Shown: positions 26,614 to 35,323 of the stretch, in pieces | How the letters are laid out: the number at the start of each line of letters is the position of its first letter | Numbering within the stretch: the first letter of the stretch is position 1 | The notes under the pieces: generated by a model | The model's input: only the letters and a program-made list of their open reading frames with translations | The model's database searches: none | Told to the model about the DNA's origin: nothing | Origin: Polyangiales bacterium | Lineage (GTDB): Bacteria; Myxococcota_A; Polyangia; Polyangiales; Polyangiaceae | Direction: 5' to 3' | NCBI GenBank assembly: GCA_038230375.1 | Contig: JBBRNJ010000077.1 | Span: 1 to 40,815, forward strand | DNA: 40,815 nt | Program-made: the position numbers and the translations under genes

Positions 26614-27027
26614 TCAGTGAACTCCTCCTTCTTTTCCTCCGTCGGTGCACTGTGGATCTGTGGACGGGAGCGGGAAGACCTCTCCTTCGCTCCATTTGCC
26701 ATCGCTGCACGAGTAGAAATTGCAGAACTGGCAAGGGTTGCTGCAGTCGCTGTCGCAGGTGTCGCCCTCGGAGCATTCTCCGCCCTCGGAGACGTTGCTG
26801 CACTTGATGCGCGGATGCGGTGCGTCCGAGGCGAAGCTGGCATCGCCCGAGCCACCGCCGCCTCCACCACCTCCGTCGGTGTGGCTGCTGGTTCCGTCGC
26901 CGGTGCCGTCGCGGGTCGCGCCGCCGCATGCGACAACAAGGATCGCGATCGCCGTGCCCCACGCGGCACACTTTGCCCAGGGCACGCCCTCGCCTTCACG
27001 CGGGATTACGAGCAGCTCGCTTCTCAT
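26614..27027 (-). CDS. Small Cys-rich lipoprotein, 137 aa
   Basis: Lipobox LVVAC, a poly-Gly linker and a Cys-rich domain. Confidence 0.7.
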   Translation of the reverse strand: MRSELLVIPREGEGVPWAKCAAWGTAIAILVVACGGATRDGTGDGTSSHTDGGGGGGGGSGDASFASDAPHPRIKCSNVSEGGECSEGDTCDSDCSNPCQFCNFYSCSDGKWSEGEVFPLPSTDPQCTDGGKEGGVH

Positions 27028-27038
27028 GCCCGCGCACC

Positions 27039-27054
27039 AGCAACAAACGGGCCG
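27039..27054 (-). promoter_or_regulatory. Sigma54 -24/-12 promoter (CGGCCCGTTTGTTGCT)
   Basis: GG-N10-GC with TTGCT; 12 nt from GC to ATG 27027. Confidence 0.6.
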
Positions 27055-27093
27055 GCAGCAGCACGCCCCACACGCCGTGCGCGGACCTCGACC

Positions 27094-27780
27094 CTACTTC
27101 TTGTTCAGGAACTTCGCCGGCTCGGGCGAGGGCTCGAGGTATTCCATCTTGCCGTACGTCATCACGCCGTACAGGGGATCCGTGACGAGGCCCGAGGCCT
27201 TCGAGGAGCTGTAGCCGTACTTGCCGGTGATCTTCACCTTGGCGCCGACGGCCGGGAGCGGGAACGGAACGTCCACCTGCCACTGGTCGTCCTTGACGAG
27301 CTCCTTCGGCGGGTCCTTGAGGCCCTTGTACTTCTCCATCGCGTCGAACACGACGGCGAAGTTACGAGCGAAGCCGATGACGCGCATCTTCGCCTTGGTC
27401 TCGCCCTTGGAGTCCGCGATCCAGATCGACGGGATGGGGACGTCCTTGCACTTCTCGTCGTCGCCTTTGCCTGTCTTGTGGACGGCGCACGCCGGTGCGT
27501 TCGGGATGTTCGACTCGACGATGTAGCCCTGGATCGTGATGTCCTTGGCGGTGACATCCGCGCTGTGGATACGGCTCTTCAGGTGGTGCGACGCACCGAA
27601 GATCGAATACGCATCCCCCGCCTTGATGGGCGTGCTGGGAAGCTGCGGCGGCGCGGGGAGGTTTGCTTTGCGACCGGACCACGCAGGCGCAGGCTTGTAG
27701 GCCTCATCTGCGTTTCCACAGCCGGCGAGCGAAACCACGACTGCGCAAGCGACGAAGGTCGAGAGCTTTCTCATGGGCAT
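27094..27780 (-). CDS. Lipoprotein, possible OB-fold, 226-228 aa
   Basis: Lipobox SLAGC, with DITIQGYIV and GAKVKITGKY beta motifs. Strong codon bias. Lies 25 nt downstream of the pseudo-bEBP gene. Confidence 0.8.
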   Translation of the reverse strand: MPMRKLSTFVACAVVVSLAGCGNADEAYKPAPAWSGRKANLPAPPQLPSTPIKAGDAYSIFGASHHLKSRIHSADVTAKDITIQGYIVESNIPNAPACAVHKTGKGDDEKCKDVPIPSIWIADSKGETKAKMRVIGFARNFAVVFDAMEKYKGLKDPPKELVKDDQWQVDVPFPLPAVGAKVKITGKYGYSSSKASGLVTDPLYGVMTYGKMEYLEPSPEPAKFLNKK

Positions 27781-27805
27781 GGCCGGTCTAGCACAGGCTG
27801 GTGGC

Positions 27806-30073
27806 TCACTTCACGAGAAAGATGTGGCCCTTTTCGGCCACATCGGAAAGTTTCAATGCCTGGACGTCCGAGGCGCGAACCACGTCGCCGACCAGGTTGG
27901 CGACCAGCCGCGTGGCGATGGCCCGGAGCTCCGCGTCCTCGCCCGGGAACGCGTACGAGAGGAGCTCGGCGAACGCGCGGTCGTCGATGCCGACAGGGGC
28001 GCCGCGCACCCGCAGTCCCTCGCGCGCGAGCCGGTCCGTGACGATGGCCCGAAGGTCCTCTGCACGGTCGCGGAGACCAGGCAACACCACCGCGGCCGCC
28101 AACCCATCGCCGAGGCGCGCGGCGAGCGAAGGCTCCAGCAGCGCAGGCAACACGTCCAGGCCGTGCGTGGAGGAGAGCCCCACGGTCAGGTCGAGCGGCT
28201 CCGCGTGCGAGAACGGAGGGCGACGCTCCGCGAGGCACCCGGCGATGAGCGCTTGTACGTCCTGGGGCAACGCAGCGCCGTCCTGCAAGAAGAGGAAGCC
28301 CTTGTGTGCGATCGCGAACGGCGACGACACCGGATCGCTCCAGCGTGCCACGTCGTGATCGCGCGTGCGCGTTCCATCCACAACCACGAACGGTGCTCCG
28401 CGACGGGCGGTGCCGAGATGCGCGCGTGCCACGTAGGGGACCGGGTCGACCCCCGATGGCGCGAGCACGACGAGCGGCGCCCCCTGCTGCACGCGGCGCT
28501 CGATCGCGTCGAAGGCGAGCCGTGCGGCCGGTGAGTAGAAGCCCAGCGTCCCGGGTTCCGCGAGCCGCGAAGCGTGCGCCACGTTGCCGGCAGACAGGAC
28601 GGAGACCGCGTGCTCCATGCGCGCGATCTGGTCGTCCCGCGTCTCCAGATCCTTCATGAGCGCCTGCTCGCGAATGAGCCCGCGTGCCGCCTCCGCGCGC
28701 ATGGCGCACAGCGAGGCGAGCTTGTCGCAGAGGCGCTTCACCAGGACGACCTCCTCGAGCGCAAAGGGATCGGTGCGCCGGCCAAGGCCCATGACGAGCA
28801 GACCCTCGGCCTCGCCCTCGTGCGTGACCACGGTCGCGAGATCCACGGACGCGTCCGTCATCCAGCGCGAGATCGGGCGCAGGTCCGCGCGCCGCACGTA
28901 GAGTGGCTCGAGCGAGACGTAGCGGAGCGTTGCGTAGGGCTCGGCCTTCGCGAGCTCCAGCAGCGCGGGCGGAAAGTCGCCGGGCTTCTCGCGCACGTAG
29001 CCCGCAGAATCCACGGTCAATACGCGTGCAGGATGCAACAAATACAGCGCCGGCGAGCGCGCGTCGGGGCCCGCGGGATCGCGGAGGAGCGAGAGCACCG
29101 CAGCGATGGCGTCGTCACCGGACAGCCGCGTGAGCGCCTCTTCCGCCTTCTCGAACGCGGCAATGAAGCGACCGCGACCGGGGACCATGGGCTCCGAGAG
29201 CGAGCGATGCGCCCACGCAATCGCGGCCGTCGCCGCAGCTGCGATCAGGAGGGCGAGCCGCGCATCGAGCATGGACCCTTGTGCGACCTGCGCACAGATG
29301 AAGATGACGGGCCCGGCGTACAGCATGATCGTGGCGGCGCGCCGGGCGACCTCCACGGTCTTGCCCGGGTCCGCGTGCTCGCTCACGTGCGCGGCGATGA
29401 CTGCGGCGAGCGCGAGGCTCGCCTCCAGCGGCGAGAAGTGATCCGCTGTGGACGACGCCGACAGGAAGAGCCCGACCAGCGCGCACACGCCGACGAACAC
29501 GAGCGCGGTGGTCGCGCGCACGTTCGCGCCCAGCTCGTGAGGACTGCGGCGCACGCGGTCGAGCGCCGCGAGCCCGAGCAGCAAGAAGCTCGCGCCCATG
29601 GCGAACCCGCATGCGGCCACCAGGGACACCGGCCAACCGAACGACACACCGAGCGCGTCGCGCACCGCGGGCACGAAGGCGAACGCCCAGAGCGCGATCG
29701 CCACACGCGCGAGCCGGAACGGCGGGCGAATGGGCGCAGCGAGGCCGCCCTTGCCTTCTATGTGCAGCACCGAGTCCACGCCGTAGGTGACGGCGAGCGC
29801 AGTGCCGCAGATCGCGAACACGACGCGATGTCCGCCGGCGTCTGCTGCGGCGAGCGTCCACGAGAGGCCGTACAGCGCAAGGCTTCGCCGTCGTGACTCG
29901 CCGAGCGTCTGCACCGCGACGAACGCGCACACGAGCGCCGCAAGGACGCTCGATACGAGCAACAGACCGCGGCCGTCGTGCGCGCTGATCGACACGATCC
30001 CGACGTACACAGTGCCGCCGAACAGGGCGATCCGGTGCGTCAACGGACGCCTCTTTTGCTGGTACTTCTTCAC
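27806..30073 (-). CDS. Membrane-anchored degenerate sigma54-interaction (bEBP-type AAA+) protein, ~755 aa
   Basis: About 10 TM helices, a GAF-like region, a coiled coil, then an AAA-like region (APFVVVDG, AHKGFLFLQD, VQALIAGCL, LPGLRDRAEDL, YAFPGEDAELR). Start placed at GTG 30073. Confidence 0.8.
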   Translation of the reverse strand: MKKYQQKRRPLTHRIALFGGTVYVGIVSISAHDGRGLLLVSSVLAALVCAFVAVQTLGESRRRSLALYGLSWTLAAADAGGHRVVFAICGTALAVTYGVDSVLHIEGKGGLAAPIRPPFRLARVAIALWAFAFVPAVRDALGVSFGWPVSLVAACGFAMGASFLLLGLAALDRVRRSPHELGANVRATTALVFVGVCALVGLFLSASSTADHFSPLEASLALAAVIAAHVSEHADPGKTVEVARRAATIMLYAGPVIFICAQVAQGSMLDARLALLIAAAATAAIAWAHRSLSEPMVPGRGRFIAAFEKAEEALTRLSGDDAIAAVLSLLRDPAGPDARSPALYLLHPARVLTVDSAGYVREKPGDFPPALLELAKAEPYATLRYVSLEPLYVRRADLRPISRWMTDASVDLATVVTHEGEAEGLLVMGLGRRTDPFALEEVVLVKRLCDKLASLCAMRAEAARGLIREQALMKDLETRDDQIARMEHAVSVLSAGNVAHASRLAEPGTLGFYSPAARLAFDAIERRVQQGAPLVVLAPSGVDPVPYVARAHLGTARRGAPFVVVDGTRTRDHDVARWSDPVSSPFAIAHKGFLFLQDGAALPQDVQALIAGCLAERRPPFSHAEPLDLTVGLSSTHGLDVLPALLEPSLAARLGDGLAAAVVLPGLRDRAEDLRAIVTDRLAREGLRVRGAPVGIDDRAFAELLSYAFPGEDAELRAIATRLVANLVGDVVRASDVQALKLSDVAEKGHIFLVK

Positions 30074-30126
30074 GGGAGCGGTGGATCGTAGGAAAAAGGA
30101 CGATTCTTGACTACGTTTTGTCTCCC

Positions 30127-30900
30127 ATGATGCCGACGCAGAGGTTGATCCGCTTCGGCGCGAGGCTCGCGACACGCGGGCTACTCGCGCGATTCGGGCT
30201 CGGTCTTGCGCTGATCTGGTGCCTTTTCTTCGTGGGCCGCGTGTTCCTCCTGGCGCACCGCAACCTGACCTCCGGCTACTACTTGCCCAGCCTGGCGTCC
30301 GTGTCCCTGGTGTGGGGCGCCGGGATTTGCATCGCATTCGGGGCCGCGCTCTCGGCGCTCAAGCGCGATCACGTGGACGGGACGTTTCGCCTGATCGTGG
30401 GTCGCATGGGCTCGGCGCGTGCGTACGTGGTGTCGCGTGTGGGCGGTCTGATCCTGCTGCTCAGCATCGTGAACGCGGGCGGCGCGTTGATGGTGGGCGC
30501 CGCGTGCATTGCGACCGCGCCGAACGCTCATGCCGCCTGGCTCACGCTGTGGACCTCCGGGGCATCCGTGCTCTTCGCGGTGTGCGCGTCCATCGTGCTC
30601 GGCCTGGTGTGCTTCGCCGCGCTCGGGGTCTCGGGTCGCGTGTCTGGCTACGGTCGCCTCGTGGGCGTGCTGTTCTTTCCGGAGGTCGTGCGGCGGCTGG
30701 CACTGTCGCGGCTGGACGTTCCCGGCATGGATGTGATGAGCATCGAGGCCGCGCTTGGCGCGCTGCGCGAGTCCCTCCTGCCGAACATGGTGGATCCAGG
30801 CCGCTTCGCGCGCGCGGTCTTCGTGCTCGCGGTGGTGTCGGCCGCGGCGCTGGCGGTGGTCCGCAGGGATGCGAATCGCCTCATGCGGGAGGGCGCGTGA
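30127..30900 (+). CDS. ABC-2-type transporter permease-like membrane protein, 257 aa
   Basis: About 6 TM helices with an ABC-2-like loop LKRDHVDGTFRLIVGRMGSARAYVVSR. GTGA overlap with the ATPase gene. Confidence 0.7.
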   Translation: MMPTQRLIRFGARLATRGLLARFGLGLALIWCLFFVGRVFLLAHRNLTSGYYLPSLASVSLVWGAGICIAFGAALSALKRDHVDGTFRLIVGRMGSARAYVVSRVGGLILLLSIVNAGGALMVGAACIATAPNAHAAWLTLWTSGASVLFAVCASIVLGLVCFAALGVSGRVSGYGRLVGVLFFPEVVRRLALSRLDVPGMDVMSIEAALGALRESLLPNMVDPGRFARAVFVLAVVSAAALAVVRRDANRLMREGA

Positions 30901-31907
30901 TCATCACGTTCGATCGCGTCGTCGCCCGCGGCGTGGCACGCAAGGGCGAGGTCACTCCGCAGCTTCGCGCCGTCACGCTGGGCTTCGCCGAAGGCATCAC
31001 GGTGATCGTGGGCGCGCGTGTCTCCGGCGGCCCGCTGGTGCTCGATCTCATCAGCGGTCGCGTCCGCCCGACGCAAGGCGCCGTCCGCGTGCTCGGCATG
31101 CCCGCGGGAGACAACGAGCTTGCGAAGGACATCGCATACGTGCCGATCGCCGCCGAGCTTCTCGCGGGCCTCACCGTCATGGAGTGCCTGCGCATGTCGC
31201 TGCGCATGCGGTCCAGTGCGCCGCGCGATCCTGGCGCTGCGCTGGAGCGGCTCGGCGTGTCGGCGCTGGCTCTGCGTCGCACGGAGACGCTGACGCCGGG
31301 AGAGCACCGCGTGGTCCTGCTGTCGGCCGCGCTCGCCACGGACGCGCGCATCGTCCTGATGGAGGAGCCGTGCAACTGGTTCGACACCCGCGCCCTCACC
31401 AAGATCATGGAGGCGCTCCGCTCCATCGCGAGCGAAGGCCGCGCCGTCGTGCTCGCAACGCAGTCCGCGCTGGACGCCACGCGAATCGGAGGCAGAGCGC
31501 TACGAGCGCTGGGCGGCATGATCGAGGAGGGCCTCCCCGAGCAGCCTTTTGCAGGCGTTCGCGTGACGACGGAGAAGCGACGAGAGCTCCTGGAGGCGCT
31601 GGGTGAGCTGCCTGCGGACGCGACGGTGACAACGACGCCGCATGACGTGACGATCACCGCGAGCGACGCGAACGCGCTGCTGAGGTACGTGGGGAGCGTG
31701 CTGGCGAAGGCGGGGATTGATGTGACCGCGTTCGAGAAGATCGAAGCGACGACGACTTCGGCTTCGACGACACCGACTTCGACCCCGACTTCGACTTCGA
31801 CTTCGACCCCGACCTCGACCTCGACCTCGACGACGACACCGACTTCGACCTCGACCCCGACTTCGACCTCGACCTCGACTTCCCCCTCCACCCCTCCCTC
31901 CTCCTGA
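30897..31907 (+). CDS. ABC transporter ATP-binding-like protein with degenerate motifs and a C-terminal Thr/Ser tail, 336 aa
   Basis: ABC fold recognisable (RPTQGAVRVLG, IAYVP, LTVMECL, LTPGEHRVVLLSAAL, IVLMEEP) but Walker A reads GARVSGGPL. Confidence 0.8.
   Translation: MIITFDRVVARGVARKGEVTPQLRAVTLGFAEGITVIVGARVSGGPLVLDLISGRVRPTQGAVRVLGMPAGDNELAKDIAYVPIAAELLAGLTVMECLRMSLRMRSSAPRDPGAALERLGVSALALRRTETLTPGEHRVVLLSAALATDARIVLMEEPCNWFDTRALTKIMEALRSIASEGRAVVLATQSALDATRIGGRALRALGGMIEEGLPEQPFAGVRVTTEKRRELLEALGELPADATVTTTPHDVTITASDANALLRYVGSVLAKAGIDVTAFEKIEATTTSASTTPTSTPTSTSTSTPTSTSTSTTTPTSTSTPTSTSTSTSPSTPPSS
31746..31883. repeat. GTCGAR-type hexamer repeat (ACYTCG on +) encoding the T/S/P tail
   Basis: ACTTCG/ACCTCG/ACCCCG units. 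Confidence 0.9.
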
Positions 31908-31908
31908 G

Positions 31909-32586
31909 ATGCTCCTTTCCTTCATCACCGCCCATCTTCGTCGCTTCGTCCGGAGCCGACGTTCACTTGCGCTCGCGGTTGGGTGGATGGTGTTTGCGGC
32001 GGTGATTGGCCTCAGCGCGGGGGCGAAGAGCACAGGCCTGCGTGGCGCGCTCTCGGTATCGTTCGTGGGGTCGGCGCTTCCGTTTCTTTCGTATGCGGCC
32101 ATCTCGGGGATCGTGGGTGAGAAGGGGCTCGGCGCTGTCGTGTGGAGCTTCTCGCTGATGGGCGTGTCGCGGCGGCGCGCGGCGCTGTCGTTGCTCGTGG
32201 CGGCGCTCGCGCTGGGCGCGTTGCTAGGTCTGCTGTCCGCGGAGATCGTTGCGGTGCTCGGTCACACAGCGATGGATCCTCCACTCGGGCGCGATCTCGT
32301 CACCACGGCGTGGGTCGGTGCGCTCGGTGGCGCGGCGTACGCTTCGCTCTTCCTTCTGGGCTCCAGCTTCTGGAAGGGTGCCGGGCGCGGTGTCCTCCTG
32401 GCGATGGACTGGGTGCTCGGCGGCAGCGGCTTCTTCGCGCTCCTCCTCCCGCACGGACACCTCCGAAGCCTCTTCGGCGGCGAGGCCGCGTTCGAGGTCT
32501 CGCAGCGCGTGAGCTCGCTTTCGCTCATCACCCTCACGGTGCTGATGGGCGCGTGGGCCGTGCGTCGCGCAACGCGCGCCACCTGA
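31909..32586 (+). CDS. ABC-2-type permease-like membrane protein, 225 aa
   Basis: About 6 TM helices; starts 1 nt after the ATPase stop. Confidence 0.7.
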   Translation: MLLSFITAHLRRFVRSRRSLALAVGWMVFAAVIGLSAGAKSTGLRGALSVSFVGSALPFLSYAAISGIVGEKGLGAVVWSFSLMGVSRRRAALSLLVAALALGALLGLLSAEIVAVLGHTAMDPPLGRDLVTTAWVGALGGAAYASLFLLGSSFWKGAGRGVLLAMDWVLGGSGFFALLLPHGHLRSLFGGEAAFEVSQRVSSLSLITLTVLMGAWAVRRATRAT

Positions 32587-32617
32587 AAAAGCGACCGATC
32601 TGTGGTACGTCGTGGGC

Positions 32618-34063
32618 ATGGATCTTCGCCTTGCCGTCGCTGTTCCCTCGGCCTTCGTCGCTGCCATTGCGCTCGCGCTGCTGGCGCCCGCCTGCGACAA
32701 CACTGGCGGGTATCCCGACTATGGCGATGGCTCCGCGCCGGCCAGTGACGCGCCTGCGAGCACCGGCGACGGCTCCACGACCGCCCCATGCGTACCCGAC
32801 GAGAGCGAGAAGGCGCCCGCCGACCGATGCACCACGGACCCCGACGCTGGCACCGGGCTCCCGCTCTGCAACACGTGGCTCAAGGTGGAGCTCCCCGGGA
32901 CCGTCTGCGGTGATGGCAGCCAGTACAAGTTCTTCGTGAACTGGACGAAGGACACGAACGATCTCCTCGTGAGCTTCGAGCCGGGCGGCGCGTGCTGGGA
33001 CTACGAGAGCTGCACGGGCGCGGGCGGCACGCGCGGAGCCGCGAACCCGCACGGCATCCCCGACGACCACATGGCGACATATCAGTACTTGAACCTGCAC
33101 CGCCGCTCCGACGACAACCCCGCGCAGCACTACAACATGGTGTTCGTGCCGTACTGCACCGGCGACATCCACACCGGCAACAACGTCATCACGTACACCG
33201 CGGCTCCCACCGAGGCCGGCACCACCGACGCGAGCGCGAGCGACGGCGGCGCGGGTGACGCGGGCCCCGACTCGATCACGTTCCACCATGCAGGCCACGC
33301 GAACACGATGGCCGTGACCGACTGGTTGAAGGCCCACTTCGCGAACGTCCCGAAGATGTTCGTGACCGGCTGCAGTGCGGGCGGCGCCGGCGGAATCATC
33401 AACTACCACTTCATCCGCAAGGGCATGGGCAGCCAGGTGCAGTGCAGCTACCTGCTCGACGACTCGGGCCCCATCTTCCACTCGAACGGCCCGTCGAAGC
33501 AGCTGCACGAGAAGATCCGCGCATCCTGGAACGTGGATCCGATCATGGACCAGCTGCAGCCGATGGGCTCCATGGGCTCGGCGGACATCAAGGCGGACTT
33601 CGGCCTGCTCAACACGTATATCGCGAAGGAGTTCCCGAAGGACCGTATGAGCCTGGTGCTCTATCAGATGGATCTGAACTACTCGCTTTACTCCTACCAG
33701 CGCTTCTTCCCCGGCTCCACGGAGGCGGACATCCACAAGAAGTGGATGCAGGACATCACTGCGATCATCCCCACGTACGAGGCCGAGAAGAACCTGGCCT
33801 ACTACTTCCCATTCTTCCGCCAGGACAACTGCAGCCACTGCGTGTCCATCCCGCCCATCGGCGATCCGCCGGCGATCCCGGTGGACCAGAACGTGGCGCT
33901 GAACATGCCGTGGCAGGGCTCCGACATCAAGGAGGACATGATCGACCTGAAGGCGTTCACCACGACCTTGCTGGACGACACGAAGCCCCTGAAGAGCTAC
34001 ATCGAGAAGGCCCAAAACGGCGCGTTCACGCCCGCCGTCTCGATGCAGTGCCTGGGAAACTGA
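32618..34063 (+). CDS. Pectinacetylesterase/Notum-family hydrolase lipoprotein, 481 aa
   Basis: Lipobox LAPAC; CGDGSQY, FEPGGACWD, VFVPYCTGDIHTG, nucleophile elbow GCSAGG, and DSGP. Confidence 0.9.
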   Translation: MDLRLAVAVPSAFVAAIALALLAPACDNTGGYPDYGDGSAPASDAPASTGDGSTTAPCVPDESEKAPADRCTTDPDAGTGLPLCNTWLKVELPGTVCGDGSQYKFFVNWTKDTNDLLVSFEPGGACWDYESCTGAGGTRGAANPHGIPDDHMATYQYLNLHRRSDDNPAQHYNMVFVPYCTGDIHTGNNVITYTAAPTEAGTTDASASDGGAGDAGPDSITFHHAGHANTMAVTDWLKAHFANVPKMFVTGCSAGGAGGIINYHFIRKGMGSQVQCSYLLDDSGPIFHSNGPSKQLHEKIRASWNVDPIMDQLQPMGSMGSADIKADFGLLNTYIAKEFPKDRMSLVLYQMDLNYSLYSYQRFFPGSTEADIHKKWMQDITAIIPTYEAEKNLAYYFPFFRQDNCSHCVSIPPIGDPPAIPVDQNVALNMPWQGSDIKEDMIDLKAFTTTLLDDTKPLKSYIEKAQNGAFTPAVSMQCLGN

Positions 34064-34397
34064 AGCGGCATTGCGCTCGTCGCGACCACGATCGTCGCTT
34101 GCAGTTCGAGTTCGAGCGCCGCGTCGAAATCGGGTGCGCCGTGCACGACGTCCGCGGACTCTGGCCCGTCTGCTGGTCGCACGTCGCGCTCGAGCTGCCC
34201 AGCAGACTGAGGACGAACGTGAGCTTCTGACCGGCGGTCACCTGCAGGCAGAGCGGCGTCAAATCGAAATACCCGGCGCCGATGGAGCCGAGCGTGACGG
34301 GATGCCCGCCACAGACGTTGGGCAATGACGGCCCGATCGTGTACCCCACGGCTCTTTCATTGCGTGCGAAGCCACATGGCGACATCATACATGCTGC

Positions 34398-34724
34398 ATG
34401 ATTGAGCGACGCCGTCCCGATCCCGCCGATCTACGAGAAGAGGCTGGACCGCAGGTCAAACAAGATCCCCGCCGCGATCGGAGCGTGCCGCTCTGGGCAT
34501 CTGCGCTCCAGGACGTCCTGAAAGAGCTGGCCGAATTGAAGCAGCGCGTGCGGGAGCTCGAAGACGCAGCGGCGAAGGATCGCGCAGTGATCCTTCAGCT
34601 CCAGGGCATCGCCGTGGCAACGCCGCCAGCAGGCGGCACGACAACCGCCGGCCGATCCCAGGACGACCAGTCGCAGCGGCCGACACTCCAGGTGCGTGCC
34701 GTGGACGTGACGCCGAAGAAGTAG
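34398..34724 (+). CDS. Small hypothetical coiled-coil protein, 108 aa
   Basis: Heptad pattern LQDVLKELAELKQRVRELED. Confidence 0.55.
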   Translation: MIERRRPDPADLREEAGPQVKQDPRRDRSVPLWASALQDVLKELAELKQRVRELEDAAAKDRAVILQLQGIAVATPPAGGTTTAGRSQDDQSQRPTLQVRAVDVTPKK

Positions 34725-34889
34725 CGATCGGGGATGGTCCAGGGCTAGCAGGATGACAACAGGCAGGGCCTGAACCTTGACAGCATGGTGAGCACCAGCG
34801 AGAAGGCGGCGGGCATGACGCTGCGCGAGCCGTGGACCACCGGCGGTGGCGTCGGCGTGTTGCTCGTGGACGAGCTCTGGGTCGTTGCG

Positions 34890-35200
34890 GACGCCCGAAC
34901 GGCGTTTCATACGTGGGATAGGTGCCGCGCGAGATGCTCGTCTCACCAAGGAAGCCCACCCGATGGTCCTTGCCGAAGGTGCCGAGGAACGCGCCGTCCG
35001 GACCAACAGTGGCGACCTCATTTCGAAGACCCGCGGGCGTCTGAACGCCACGGCCGACGAACAGATAAGCTTTCGTGTCGCGCGCGAGGCTCGTGAGCTC
35101 CTCAGTGATAGGCGATCTGGGACCTGCGCGGAGCGCGCCCTCCGGCCACACGATGAGACGCGCCCGCGCCGCAGACGCGGTCCGCGTGAACTGGCGCGGT
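34890..35200 (-). pseudogene. Fragment of a nitrilase/apolipoprotein N-acyltransferase-like carbon-nitrogen hydrolase
   Basis: ARLIVWPEGAL...AYLFVG...RNEVATVGPDGAFLGTFGKDH...YPTYETPFGR, then breaks off before the catalytic-Cys motif (expected IC(Y/F)D/E). The N-terminal part is absent. Confidence 0.75.
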
Positions 35201-35323
35201 AGCCGTGCGGGCCGATGCCCGTGCTCGGAGAGGACAGCGAGGATGCCGCGATCCCACGTGGTCCTCATGGAGCTCTGTTACAAGCCGTGACCCGCGCTCG
35301 CTCGCTCTGGCGCGAACCAGCTG

